A stretch of 64,000 bases of DNA from Oceanispirochaeta sp. (GTDB lineage: Bacteria; Spirochaetota; Spirochaetia; DSM-2461). Shown here piece after piece: positions 39,661-50,420 of the stretch (position 1 is the first letter of the stretch; each line of letters begins with the position of its first letter). Location of the stretch: the NCBI GenBank assembly GCA_963666275.2, contig CAXXOA010000002.1, positions 2,080,001 through 2,144,000 on the forward strand, read 5' to 3'. The translations under genes were made by a program, and so were the position numbers. Below the pieces are notes generated by a model. The model searched no databases. It was not told the DNA's origin and saw only the letters and a program-made list of their open reading frames with translations.

Positions 39661-40347
39661 TTATTCATCCAGGATTTTTTCCAGAGAAGAAAGATCTTTT
39701 ATGACAATTTTCCCTCTGGAGATTTCTATGCAGCCCTTCTTTTTCAGAGCCTGTAGATGCCGGGACACATTGGTTCTATCCATGGCTATATAGGTGGCGA
39801 TCATATCCTGAGTTGCTCTGATTGTCAGAACATCCGGGCAGCAGTGAGCCTGATCTGACGCTCCATGCCGTTCGGCGCAGCTTACCAGGAAACTGACCAC
39901 CCTTTTGGAGCCGTCCGCATAGAGGAGGTGACCCATATCGTACTGGAGAGAAATCGCAAGATTGTCATAAAATGTCAGTATTTTGAAGAGGATCTCCGGG
40001 TTCTCACAGAGGAGGTTTTCATACTGTTTTTTTGTAAAAGCAAGCATTTCCACCCGGGGATAGGGTTCGAAAAGAAAAATCTGCCTGGCGTGCTTTACCT
40101 GGGAGCGGGAGTACATGGGCAGAATGCTCCCTTCTTTGAGAACAGCATTGACCTTTTCATTTCCATTGGTAAGGGATAAAAGCAGACGGCAGCAGCCGGA
40201 GAGCACATAATAGGCATAGTAGGGGCGGTCCAGCAGTTCCTCCAAAGGCTGAGGGGCTGAAAATATTTCTGCCCGGGAAGAGTATTTCAGAAGAGTTTCC
40301 CTGTATTCTGAAAAATCATTGTTCAAGTTTCTGTATAGCAGTGCCAT
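39661..40347 (-). CDS. Crp/Fnr-family transcriptional regulator
   Basis: YYVLSGCCRL cNMP-like domain; C-terminal HTH TQDMIATYIAMDRTNVSRHL. Confidence 0.85.
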   Translation of the reverse strand: MALLYRNLNNDFSEYRETLLKYSSRAEIFSAPQPLEELLDRPYYAYYVLSGCCRLLLSLTNGNEKVNAVLKEGSILPMYSRSQVKHARQIFLFEPYPRVEMLAFTKKQYENLLCENPEILFKILTFYDNLAISLQYDMGHLLYADGSKRVVSFLVSCAERHGASDQAHCCPDVLTIRATQDMIATYIAMDRTNVSRHLQALKKKGCIEISRGKIVIKDLSSLEKILDE

Positions 40348-40510
40348 GAGTTTTATTCTCCCCCCGGGCTTATACTTATTGCTTTCCAGAGGCTTTGTCA
40401 ATTCACGGGGCTTCTCATTTATTCCGGGAATAGAATTCCGGAACTGCTTCCATCTACGATTCTGCCCCGGTGTATTGACCAGACGGGAGAAAAAGCCTTT
40501 TATGTACCCT

Positions 40511-41410
40511 ATGGAAAAAGACAAAGATTCTCTTTTTATATATATGCTTGCCGCCGCCCTTTCCGCCCTTTTCATGGGGACTATCGGTACTATTTCCGCC
40601 TATTCCGGGCTGGGTGCGGAGACTGTCACGTTTTTCCGTCTTTTCGGAGGGTGTCTGTTTATGACAATACTCCTGATTGCCCAGAAAAAGATATCTCTTG
40701 TGAAAATCCGTTTCTCTCCCTCCCTTCTTATAAGCGGTTTCTGTCTGGCCGGTTTTATTGTGATGTACATACAGTCCATGAAATATACATCCATGGCCAA
40801 TGCGGTTGTCACGATCTATCTGGCTCCCCTGGCGGCTTCAGCGGGTGGACATTTCTTCTTTTCCGAAAAGCTGAACCGTTTCTCTTTTTTCCTCATCTGT
40901 CTGGCGCTGGCAGGATTCCTTATTATGAAAGGCTTTGACCCAGCAGCTGGAGGGGACGGAGCAAAAAACTCTCTGAAAGGGATGGTTCTGGCCATGACTG
41001 CTATGGTTTTCTATGCCCTTTATATTCTTATGAACAGGATTATTCCCGGAGAAATTCCTGTTTTTGCCAGGACCTGGTATCAGTTCCTCTTCGGTGCTCT
41101 TGTTATACTGCCTTTTTTTCTGATTCACAGGGAAGCCATTGCTCCGGTGCAGGCTTTCTGGCTGGGAATGGCAGGGCTCTTTCCCGGATTTCTGGGGATT
41201 CTTATGGCTGTAACTGCTCTGGACAGACTGCCCGCTGCGGCTTTCGGAACTCTGGCGTATCTGGAACCCATAACAGTGATGTTTCTGGGATGGACTCTCT
41301 TCGGTCAGACTCTGACACTCTGGCAGATGGCAGGAGCACTGATTATCATTTCTGCTGGATTTCTGAGAGTGTTCATTCCGCCTGTGACTCCCCGGATGGC
41401 CGAGGTCTGA
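40511..41410 (+). CDS. DMT/EamA family transporter
   Basis: Ten TM segments, two EamA repeats (IYLAP...EK; LAYLEP). Confidence 0.88.
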   Translation: MEKDKDSLFIYMLAAALSALFMGTIGTISAYSGLGAETVTFFRLFGGCLFMTILLIAQKKISLVKIRFSPSLLISGFCLAGFIVMYIQSMKYTSMANAVVTIYLAPLAASAGGHFFFSEKLNRFSFFLICLALAGFLIMKGFDPAAGGDGAKNSLKGMVLAMTAMVFYALYILMNRIIPGEIPVFARTWYQFLFGALVILPFFLIHREAIAPVQAFWLGMAGLFPGFLGILMAVTALDRLPAAAFGTLAYLEPITVMFLGWTLFGQTLTLWQMAGALIIISAGFLRVFIPPVTPRMAEV

Positions 41411-41432
41411 AAGTTTACAGTTTCCGGATGTC

Positions 41433-43676
41433 TCAGCCGTTCTGATTTAACAGAGCTTCGCTGTCCAGGATCTCTCTAACCTTTTCTCTCAGGGCTTTCA
41501 GTGAGAAAGGCTTCTGTATAAAGTTTATTCCCTCTTCCAGAACACCCTGATGGGCTATCACATTGGCAGTGTAACCCGACATGAACAGGCACTTAATCGA
41601 TGGATTCATCCGCTGTATGTGCTCGGCCAGATCTCTTCCTGTCATATTGGGCATCACAACATCTGTCACAAGCAGCTGTATCTTGCCCGGGTTGTTCCGG
41701 ACAAACTCAATGGCCTCTCCTGTGGTGGTTGTGCCTATAACGGAGTAGCCGGAGGTTTCCAGCATCAGAGTGGTCATATCCAGAATCGCAGCTTCATCTT
41801 CCACAAGCAGGATGGTTTCACTTCCCTTGCGGGGCTCCGATTGTGATGCTGTCTCCTGCTGTTCAGAATCCTTTCCCCAAAGATACTGGGGCAGGTAGAT
41901 TTTAAAAGTCGTTCCCCGGTCGGGTTCGCTGTAGACATTGATGAACCCCTTGTTCTGTTTGACTACCCCGTAGACCGTGGCAAGTCCCAATCCGGTTCCC
42001 ATGCCCTGATCTTTGGTTGTGAAAAAGGGTTCAAATATACTGGCCTGAGTTTCCGTATCCATGCCGCAACCGTTATCACTCACAGCCAGCATGACATAAT
42101 CCCCCGGGAGGAATCCCAGATGATGATTGCAGTAATCCCTGTCAAAACAGGCTTTGCCGGTTTCGATGGTGACTTTGCCGATGCCGTTAATGGCATCCCG
42201 GGCATTCACACAGAGATTCGCCAGTATCTGATCAACCTGGCTGGGGTCTATTTTTATCCGGGGCAGATCCTCCTCAGGGAGCCAGGCCAGGTCGATATCC
42301 TCTCCGATAATTCTCTGAAGCATACTGATCAGACCTTCCACGGTACTGTTTAGATTTAGAATTTTCGGGGCAATCGTCTCTTTCCTGGCAAAAGCCAGAA
42401 GCTGTCTGGTCAGGGAGGCTGAGCGCTCCGCCGCATTCTGGATTGCTTCAAGATTCTTAGACAGCGAATGGATCGATCCGGAATTGAGCTGATTGATAGC
42501 CAGTTCCGTATGCCCCAGTATAACACCAAGCATATTATTGAAATCGTGGGCAACCCCGCCGGCAAGGCGTCCTACAGATTCAATTTTCTGAGACTGCGCC
42601 AGCTGGCCCCGCAGGTCCTCTTTCTCCTGTTCGGCCTGTTTTTTTTCTGTAATATCCATATGGGTCCCGAACATCCACTCGGGCTTACCATCTCCTGTCC
42701 ATGTCAGAACCTTCCCTCTGTCTACAACCCAGACCCAGTGGCCGTCTTTGTGTTTCATCCGGCATTCACAGTCATAGTAGTCCAGTTTTTTTTCAAAGCA
42801 CAGATTCAGAAGCCTTTCGGACTCTTTCAGATCCTCCGGATGGGCCAGATCAATCCATGTATTCAGGGTAAGGGGTGTCAGTTCTTCCAGGGTATACCCG
42901 ACAATCTCAGCCCATCTCCTATTGAAGATGGTCTCTCCGGTTTGGATATTCCACTCCCAGGTTCCTACATTCATTCCCTGCAGAATGTAATTCAGTCGGT
43001 TTTTCTGATCCAGAAGAGCTGTTTCCGCCTGCCTTTTCTCCTGCAGTTCCTGCTCCTTCTGCATTCTGGCATAACTGACGTTGGATATGTAGCTAGCGAA
43101 TTTCACAAGGAAACTCATCAGGTTCTTCACATCTTCCCTGCTGTACCGGGGGATTTTCCTGAAGGCTTCCAAATACTCATTCACGTCAAAGCCGTATCTT
43201 TCGGCTTGACCGATGAAATACTGTTCATCCACCTCTTCGTCGTCGAAAAAGAACTGGCCTGTATAAATATTTCCCATATGTTTTTCCCCTATATAAAGGG
43301 GAGTTACCACATCCCAGAGACCGTTTTTACATTTATAGCTCACGTACTCACCGGATTTCAGATTATCTGTAAGGTAAAGATCACTTTCAGTGCAGTAGCC
43401 TGCTGTTTCCGGATGAATCCTGTGGAATTTTGTACACAGATCCTGCCAGCCTGTTTTTTCGATCACATTGCCTTTTGTATCCAGTATGGCCGTGACAAGA
43501 CCGGTCAATTTATGGAAATCATCCATTATCTGCTGGAGTTCTGCAACATTGATGATATCTCCCAGCAGATCCGGGATTTCCCGGGCACTGGCCCAGTCGG
43601 AAAGGAGATACTTTTTCTGTTCCAGCGATTGCAGCTTTTCCAGCAGTTCTTCATATGTGGGGTTGTGATCCATCAA
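41433..43676 (-). CDS. PocR-PAS hybrid histidine kinase/receiver
   Basis: PocR motifs (WQDLCTKFHR, YKCKNGLWD, GQFF), PAS_3, GGVAHDFNN, GTGLGL, REC. Confidence 0.92.
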   Translation of the reverse strand: MMDHNPTYEELLEKLQSLEQKKYLLSDWASAREIPDLLGDIINVAELQQIMDDFHKLTGLVTAILDTKGNVIEKTGWQDLCTKFHRIHPETAGYCTESDLYLTDNLKSGEYVSYKCKNGLWDVVTPLYIGEKHMGNIYTGQFFFDDEEVDEQYFIGQAERYGFDVNEYLEAFRKIPRYSREDVKNLMSFLVKFASYISNVSYARMQKEQELQEKRQAETALLDQKNRLNYILQGMNVGTWEWNIQTGETIFNRRWAEIVGYTLEELTPLTLNTWIDLAHPEDLKESERLLNLCFEKKLDYYDCECRMKHKDGHWVWVVDRGKVLTWTGDGKPEWMFGTHMDITEKKQAEQEKEDLRGQLAQSQKIESVGRLAGGVAHDFNNMLGVILGHTELAINQLNSGSIHSLSKNLEAIQNAAERSASLTRQLLAFARKETIAPKILNLNSTVEGLISMLQRIIGEDIDLAWLPEEDLPRIKIDPSQVDQILANLCVNARDAINGIGKVTIETGKACFDRDYCNHHLGFLPGDYVMLAVSDNGCGMDTETQASIFEPFFTTKDQGMGTGLGLATVYGVVKQNKGFINVYSEPDRGTTFKIYLPQYLWGKDSEQQETASQSEPRKGSETILLVEDEAAILDMTTLMLETSGYSVIGTTTTGEAIEFVRNNPGKIQLLVTDVVMPNMTGRDLAEHIQRMNPSIKCLFMSGYTANVIAHQGVLEEGINFIQKPFSLKALREKVREILDSEALLNQNG

Positions 43677-43832
43677 ACCGCTCCCGGGTGTCTATAAGTA
43701 ACTTCCTGAGAATTGTTTCTTCTCTTTTCAAATATTACTACATTTCTCAATATTTAGTAGGAGAAAATGGAAAATTAGCAGGAGGAGCCACGGCGAGACA
43801 GAATGTGTCTGTTGCTTCCCATGCACTCTGTT

Positions 43833-45473
43833 TCAGTTCTTTTCCAGGGGAAGAGCTATTCTTATCACTGTCCCTTTTCCCGGTTCACTTTCCACTTTTA
43901 TAAAACCATCATGCTCTTTGACTATTCCATACACTGAGGAAAGGCCCAGGCCTATTCCTTTTCCCTGGGCTTTTGTTGAGAAAAATGGATCAAAGATCTT
44001 ATCAATATTTCCGGGGTCTATCCCGACTCCATTGTCTATGACCGAAATCTCAGCATAATTCATCGTGGACTCAACGGTTTCCCCGGGATAGGATATTTCC
44101 AGTCCCGGATACTTATGGCATTCAATGGTCACACTGCCTTTTTCATCGACAGCCTGGACGGCATTGTCCACCAGGTGCAGAAGAGCATCCGTAATCATAG
44201 TCTGATCTGCTTTCAGAATAACTTTCTCCTGGACTCTGACAGAAATATCCACTGGTTTCGCCGCATGCTTTTTTGCCCTATCCACTGCTTCATTGACAAG
44301 AAGGGCAATATCAAGATCTGTTTTCAGAATCATAAAATTGTTTCTCGAGTAGGAAAGAAGATCCTGAATAATCTTTGTAGCTCTGTCGATGGAATCCATG
44401 ATGACTTCCAGATAGTGATTTTCCGCTTCGGAATTATCACTATCTTTGAGAAGTTCCGAAGCACTCATGATGGCAAAATTGATATTGTTGAACTCATGAG
44501 CCACCCCTCCGGTAACTCTGCCGATTGCCTCCAGTTTGCTCTGCTGATTGATTTTTTCCTCCAGAAGAATCTGCCTGGCCCTTTGATGGGAGTTGTAGCG
44601 GATCAGGGCAAGGCCCAGTATCAGCAGGATCATATACAGCGCGGAATAGATTATATACTGATTCCGAAGGGGAGTGAGCAGCTCCTGATAGTCTGTCGCC
44701 AGGGCAATGGAAAAGGGATATCCCTGGATTTTATATATGGCCAGATTCACATGATCATCCGAGCTGTGCTGAACCCCTGAAAAGGAGCGGGTATAATTCT
44801 CCTGCTTCAGCAGGGAAGAAATATGTGTTTCTGCAGTATGGCTGTGTGTACTCTCATCCTTGGATAGAATGATATTCATAGCATCATCCAGAATGGCAAT
44901 CTCCGACACATTGTACATGGTCTGTATCTCATCAAAACTGAGGATATCCTCCATGCTTAAACTGCATATAAACACATTCGAAACTGATCCGGCCGGATCA
45001 AAAGAGGCCCGGCTGATCATAAAGTTTGATCTTTCCGATTTTTCAACTGATAAATAGGTTCTGATCTTATTCTGTCTGTGAAAATTGAAAAGTTCTTTCA
45101 GTTCCGCTTCCAGAGCGGGGTTCTCGGGATGAGGATTGTGGTTCATCCCGGCGGCATCAAAAAAGTAGAGATCATAAATATTGAAATATTTGAGTCTGTA
45201 ATCCTTTATGAGTGTGAGTATATTCACACCCTGATCCTCCGGAAGGTACCGAACCTCCTGTTCGATCAAATCCAGGATCATCTCTGATTTTTCCAGGACT
45301 TTTGCTATGTTGCCGGCAATCACAATGGCATTGTATTCTATGTCGGTATTCAATTTATACAGGATAACATTCCGGGAGTTCCTGTATAGAAAGAGAAGGG
45401 AAAAGGCGAGAAAAACCATAAAAACCAGAAAGAACACATAGGAATATTTTCTCAATAGCTGCTTTTTTTTCAT
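43833..45473 (-). CDS. Membrane sensor histidine kinase (Cache-like periplasmic domain)
   Basis: Two TM segments, GGVAHEFNN, DNGVG, FDPFFSTK, GIGLGL. Confidence 0.9.
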   Translation of the reverse strand: MKKKQLLRKYSYVFFLVFMVFLAFSLLFLYRNSRNVILYKLNTDIEYNAIVIAGNIAKVLEKSEMILDLIEQEVRYLPEDQGVNILTLIKDYRLKYFNIYDLYFFDAAGMNHNPHPENPALEAELKELFNFHRQNKIRTYLSVEKSERSNFMISRASFDPAGSVSNVFICSLSMEDILSFDEIQTMYNVSEIAILDDAMNIILSKDESTHSHTAETHISSLLKQENYTRSFSGVQHSSDDHVNLAIYKIQGYPFSIALATDYQELLTPLRNQYIIYSALYMILLILGLALIRYNSHQRARQILLEEKINQQSKLEAIGRVTGGVAHEFNNINFAIMSASELLKDSDNSEAENHYLEVIMDSIDRATKIIQDLLSYSRNNFMILKTDLDIALLVNEAVDRAKKHAAKPVDISVRVQEKVILKADQTMITDALLHLVDNAVQAVDEKGSVTIECHKYPGLEISYPGETVESTMNYAEISVIDNGVGIDPGNIDKIFDPFFSTKAQGKGIGLGLSSVYGIVKEHDGFIKVESEPGKGTVIRIALPLEKN

Positions 45474-45493
45474 ATTCAGTCCAAAGGCTCCGC

Positions 45494-46471
45494 TTACTCT
45501 ATGATCTCATTGATAAGATCCTGCTGATATTCCATAAGGAAATCTCTGGTTTTACGAATCTCTTCTGCTGAAGGATAGGTAATGACTATGCCCTGTTCCT
45601 CCGCCAGTTTCCTTGCCTCGACCTGTGCTTTTTCCGCTTCCATTCTCTGTTCCCGGGCCACTTCATTCCATATGGATCTGATCAGGTCCTGATCCTCTGA
45701 GCTGAGGGAGCTCCAGAAGCGCCGGGATATCATGGGAACATACTGGGGAAAGTATTCATTATCCACAAATGCATATTTGAGGCCGTACTCCCATAAACGG
45801 GCACTCTTCACTGTTTCAAAGGTTGTGAGCAATCCATTTATGGTGCCTTTCTTGAGGTGGAAGGGAACATCCGACCAGGCTATGATCACCCCGTCAGCCC
45901 CCAGGAGTTCCACCCGCATTTTGTTCATAAGCCCGCCGGCCACCCGTATTGTTTTTCCGGACAGGTCACTGAACTCCCTGACAGGATTTCTTCTCGTGGT
46001 AAAAATAAGCGCATGGCCCAGGTCCATCCAGTCTCCGGGAACAACCACATTCAGTTCAGTTTCAATGTCCCTGATCAACTCTTTTCCCCGATCAGATGTG
46101 AGGTAACTGTAGTTGTATTCTTTTTCCTCCCCGAAGAATTCGGGCAGCAGAAAGTAGCTGACCCTGGGAACATACTGACTCACATGCCAGGTTCCCGGCA
46201 CAGCCATCTCAACCTTTCCGGTGTAAAGGGCGGAAATAACCTCCTGATCCCGATAGAGTTTTCCCGAATCATAGAGTTCCACCCGGATTCTGCCCTGTGC
46301 TCTCAGCTGCAGCCGTTCGGCAAATTCCTTCACATCCCTTGTCTGTATATGATCTTCCGAGTTTTCAATGGATATTCTCAATAAGGGTATGACCTGGGAA
46401 TCAATTGGCGAGATGGGGAAAAACAGAAGAGCAATGAACAGCATTGCGCTGAATACTGATTGTACAGACAT
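45494..46471 (-). CDS. TRAP DctP-family substrate-binding protein (orphan)
   Basis: GRIRVELY.SGKL, G.VEMA, DLSGKTIRV, GTINGL. Confidence 0.88.
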   Translation of the reverse strand: MSVQSVFSAMLFIALLFFPISPIDSQVIPLLRISIENSEDHIQTRDVKEFAERLQLRAQGRIRVELYDSGKLYRDQEVISALYTGKVEMAVPGTWHVSQYVPRVSYFLLPEFFGEEKEYNYSYLTSDRGKELIRDIETELNVVVPGDWMDLGHALIFTTRRNPVREFSDLSGKTIRVAGGLMNKMRVELLGADGVIIAWSDVPFHLKKGTINGLLTTFETVKSARLWEYGLKYAFVDNEYFPQYVPMISRRFWSSLSSEDQDLIRSIWNEVAREQRMEAEKAQVEARKLAEEQGIVITYPSAEEIRKTRDFLMEYQQDLINEIIE

Positions 46472-46675
46472 CCTTTGAATCCTTTTTCTGCTGGTGTGTT
46501 TCAGTCGGCTCAGGGAATAAACCCTTGGGAAATAGCAAGATGTACTGAAAAACATCTTATTATTCTGAAGTGTAATACAAGGACGGAAGTCTATCAAATG
46601 CTGATTGATTTTCACTGATTCCTGTTCGGGGAATTGAAAGTTTACCGGAATGGGTCCTCCCTGGAAGAATCGCTC

Positions 46676-47860
46676 TTATATGTGATTTTTAAGCAGCCGG
46701 AACCAGAGGAGCACCAGGGCTGTAAAAACAGCAGCCGCCGGGAAAATGGCGCCCATACCGAAGAGATCTCCGATTCCGCCCCAGAGAACGGAACCGATGC
46801 CGATCCCCACATCCATAAAAAGATAGAATGTGGCATTGGCAAAAGCCCGCCTTGAAGGATTTGTCTTTTTGACTGCCGCCACATTGAAAAGGACATGGGA
46901 AAGGCCGAAACCCATACCATAGAGAAAGGCTATTGTGAAAATAAGGGGAGTGGTTCTGACAAGGTATACCCCCCCGATTCCCAGGATCATCTCTCCGATG
47001 GCCAGGCTGATCATCCGGCGTTCTCCCATCATTCTGATCATCTGGCCGGCAAAGACCCGGGAGAGAGTCAGACCAAGCGCTCTGGCAATGAAGAAGATTC
47101 CTATGCCGCTGATTTTCTCCACTTCCGCATAGGGCACAAGAAATGATGTGGTAGAGGCAGTTGCCATGGACAGACAACCAATAATAAAAGAAGGGGCAAC
47201 CGCTTTTCTTTCGACAATTTTGTCGATAAAGCGGCGGGTAGGAGAATCCGCCGTATCTGCTTTCCCGCCATCTGATGTATTCCGGAAAGACCTGTCCTTT
47301 TCATATGTAATAAATTTGAGGGATATTAAGGCTGCCGCCATGACAAGACCCGCAGAGAGAAAGAGCTCGGAAAAGCTGAATCGTTTGTAACTCCATATCG
47401 CCAGAAAGGGGCCGAGGGCCTGAGTCACTGTGGCTGTCAGTCCGAAATAACCCAGACCGTTGACCAGTTTCTCTTCCGGGACAATATCGGTGATTATTGT
47501 GGTCAGAGCGATGGACATCAGAGAAAAACTAAGACCGCTGACTCCCTGCAGCAGATAGAGCATGGTTATGTTACCGAAGAAGCCGAAAGGCAGGGTTGTC
47601 AGGGAAAAGAAGAGCATCCCTGTAAAAAGCATCTTTGTCCGGCCTGTTTTTTCAATGAGGTTACCGCTAATGGGGCGGAATACCAGAGCGAAGATAGTGA
47701 ATACGGTCATTGCCAGACCAGCCTGCATCTTCGTATACCCCAGAGATATCATATACAGGGGAATCAGTGTTATTTTATACTGCATTGCCAGGCGCATAAG
47801 CAGAGATGCCGTGAATGCCATATTATAGTCGGTGGTGAATAGGCTGTTCTTCTTTTTCAT
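46676..47860 (-). CDS. MFS transporter
   Basis: RPISGNLIEKTGR motif A; about 12 TM segments. Confidence 0.9.
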   Translation of the reverse strand: MKKKNSLFTTDYNMAFTASLLMRLAMQYKITLIPLYMISLGYTKMQAGLAMTVFTIFALVFRPISGNLIEKTGRTKMLFTGMLFFSLTTLPFGFFGNITMLYLLQGVSGLSFSLMSIALTTIITDIVPEEKLVNGLGYFGLTATVTQALGPFLAIWSYKRFSFSELFLSAGLVMAAALISLKFITYEKDRSFRNTSDGGKADTADSPTRRFIDKIVERKAVAPSFIIGCLSMATASTTSFLVPYAEVEKISGIGIFFIARALGLTLSRVFAGQMIRMMGERRMISLAIGEMILGIGGVYLVRTTPLIFTIAFLYGMGFGLSHVLFNVAAVKKTNPSRRAFANATFYLFMDVGIGIGSVLWGGIGDLFGMGAIFPAAAVFTALVLLWFRLLKNHI

Positions 47861-48080
47861 ATTTTCCCGGATTTTCTGTGCAGTATACTCAGATTTCCTG
47901 ATATTAAATGGTAATTTCATATCAGGAATTTGTATAGTAATAGAATAAATATTTTATGCTTACCTAATATCCTTTTCTCTGATTTTTCCATTCGGTCTGT
48001 CAAAAGGGATAAAACCGGCTTCCGGACATGCCGTTTTCATACCTCCTTCCTGTAGGGATTTGTCCACTGAAACGCTGGGT

Positions 48081-49157
48081 TCAGGCCTTCTGAAATTTTA
48101 TCCGTGAAAGTTTGTAAAGCTCCTCCCTGAAAGATCCGGGAAGCATAGTGTTCACCACATGGTTCATAAGAGCCGGTTTGCAGGGGTCACAGAATTTCTC
48201 AACAAAATCCCGGGCGCTCTGCTTCAGGGTCTCCGGCGTCTCACTGTCGTAGCTCTCCGGGATAACTCCAACAACCAGCTGATCTCCATACTCCTCGTAA
48301 ATTTTATGGGTATCATTGATAATCTGCGGGGACCATACATCCCATCCGGCGTTTATAATGGAAGGCACTCTCATATCCAGCAGTCCGCAGCTGTGAAATT
48401 CCGCAATTCTTCCTCTGCTGTGGATATGGTCGGTCAGACGCTTCATGGCCGGAACAATCATCTCTTCACAGGCTTCTTCAGAAAACAGGGGCCCTCTCTG
48501 GGAACCCCAGTCATCATGGACCAGAAATCCGTCGGCATGAAAATAGTCTATGAAATGATCGACAATCTGAATATAAAGGTCTGTCAGTTTCTCGAACAGC
48601 TCCAGAACCGCCTCTTTCTGTGTATCGTCTATCAGGGCTATAGAGGCATTTCCAAAATCCATAAAGGAAATCAGACGTTCGAAGTAGCCGCTGAAGATGG
48701 TTGTAAAGACCGCCCGGTCGTCGGCAAGGAAGTCTTTATTCTTTTCGGCGGTCTCCTTCCAGTCCCAGGATTCAACATCCGGCCAGATCAGTTTGTCCCT
48801 CCACTCATTGGCATCAGTAAAAAGATGGTAAGACGGATCCACGGCAGAGCCCCGGTTCTCCGGATTGTAATGCCATAGAACTCCGAACATATCCGGACCG
48901 CCATAGGTATCCGGAGAAACCGGTAGTTCCTGAATAATAAATCCTCTTGCCAGATTATCCGGAATGATATCGGGACAGAAAGTCATCTTCTCCACTCCTG
49001 TCAGCTGCCAGAGGGGAGCCTTTTTCAGACCCCTCCGGTAGGCTTCTCCCGGGGCAACCGGAAAGTTGTAAAGAGGAATCACAGGACGCCCCAGCCGTGC
49101 GGGAGGTATCTCCTCTACTATTTTCAGTTCATTTTCTGAAAAAATTATCGTTTCCAT
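48081..49157 (-). CDS. Uroporphyrinogen decarboxylase/MtaA-CmuA superfamily protein
   Basis: DMFGVLW, FERL, HDDWGSQ, FHSCG. Confidence 0.8.
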   Translation of the reverse strand: METIIFSENELKIVEEIPPARLGRPVIPLYNFPVAPGEAYRRGLKKAPLWQLTGVEKMTFCPDIIPDNLARGFIIQELPVSPDTYGGPDMFGVLWHYNPENRGSAVDPSYHLFTDANEWRDKLIWPDVESWDWKETAEKNKDFLADDRAVFTTIFSGYFERLISFMDFGNASIALIDDTQKEAVLELFEKLTDLYIQIVDHFIDYFHADGFLVHDDWGSQRGPLFSEEACEEMIVPAMKRLTDHIHSRGRIAEFHSCGLLDMRVPSIINAGWDVWSPQIINDTHKIYEEYGDQLVVGVIPESYDSETPETLKQSARDFVEKFCDPCKPALMNHVVNTMLPGSFREELYKLSRIKFQKA

Positions 49158-49187
49158 ATTTTCGTCCCCATAGGATAATCTCTCATA

Positions 49188-50399
49188 TCAGATGATCCCT
49201 TCGTTTTCCAGATATTTTATTTTATCTTCACTGAACCCCAGAAAATCCGTGTATATTTCCCCATTGTGCTGCCCCAGGTCGGGAGCGGGTTTTACTGGAA
49301 CATAGGTGTCGGACATTCTGTAGGCAGACCCGCAGAGTGTAATTTCTCCCAGGCTGGGATGATCAATGGTCTGAAGGAAGTTAGACTCGTACATATCAGG
49401 CGAGTTGACCACATCGGCGATGGTAAGAGTGGCACCGCAGGGAATCATTCTTTCGCACATAATGCGCATGACGTCTTCCTTGTCCAGAGAGGATGTCCAT
49501 TTGATAACTTCTTCTTCCAGGGAATCCACATTATCCAGCCGGGTGGAACCGTCTATGTATCTGGGATCTTCGAACAGATCCATTCTGCCGATGCCTTCGC
49601 AGAATTTCTTCCACATGATCTGCCCCGGAGTATCCCGTACCAGTATGAAGACATAGTTGTTTTCGTCTCCCTCAAACCGGGGTTTGGTGGGAAACATATT
49701 CCGGGGAGCATTCCGTCCGGCAAAAAGCATGGCACCGCCCCTTTTGGGCATCTCCTTCTGTTCCACAAAGGACATTCTGGACGAGGAAATCACGACTTCC
49801 TGCATATTGATTCTCAGATGCTGGCCCCGTCCGGTTTTCTCTCTCTGGAAGAGGGCTGCCAGGATACTGGATACCGCATAGTGTCCGGAAGGGTCATCGG
49901 CCAGTCCAACCGAGGAGATAAGGGGAGGTCCGTCGAGCATTCCGGTCTGGCTGGCCAGGGTTCCGGTAGCCTGAACCGGTCCGTCCATGGCGGGGAAATT
50001 CGCATAGGGACTGTTCTCATGATACCCCTTGATCTGACAGAAGATACAGCGGGGATTGATCTCTTTGATGGTATCAAAAGTGAATCCCAGCCGCTCAAAT
50101 GTTCCGGGGGCAAAGTTTTCAATGATCACGTCTCCCTTTTTGATAAGCTCTTTCAGAACCTCTTTTCCCCCGTCGCTTTTCAGATCCAGTGTGATGGATT
50201 TTTTATTGGCATGGAGAATGGCCCAAAGCATGTTCTGACCGCCTCCTCTGGGACGTCCCTGTTCTCCCTCTCCGGGTCTTTCCACCTTGATTATATTGGC
50301 ACCCATCTGGGCCAGTGTGAGGGTACAGATCGGTCCGCTGGCAAACTGGGTCAGGTCTATCACATTAATCCCTTCCAGGGCATTGGCTTTTCCACTCAT
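49188..50399 (-). CDS. Family III CoA-transferase (CaiB/BaiF/Frc)
   Basis: LEGINVIDLTQFASGP, NKKSITLDLK, ENFAPG, catalytic Asp region GLADD. Confidence 0.93.
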   Translation of the reverse strand: MSGKANALEGINVIDLTQFASGPICTLTLAQMGANIIKVERPGEGEQGRPRGGGQNMLWAILHANKKSITLDLKSDGGKEVLKELIKKGDVIIENFAPGTFERLGFTFDTIKEINPRCIFCQIKGYHENSPYANFPAMDGPVQATGTLASQTGMLDGPPLISSVGLADDPSGHYAVSSILAALFQREKTGRGQHLRINMQEVVISSSRMSFVEQKEMPKRGGAMLFAGRNAPRNMFPTKPRFEGDENNYVFILVRDTPGQIMWKKFCEGIGRMDLFEDPRYIDGSTRLDNVDSLEEEVIKWTSSLDKEDVMRIMCERMIPCGATLTIADVVNSPDMYESNFLQTIDHPSLGEITLCGSAYRMSDTYVPVKPAPDLGQHNGEIYTDFLGFSEDKIKYLENEGII

Positions 50400-50420
50400 T
50401 TTGTCTCTCCTTTATGGTCG

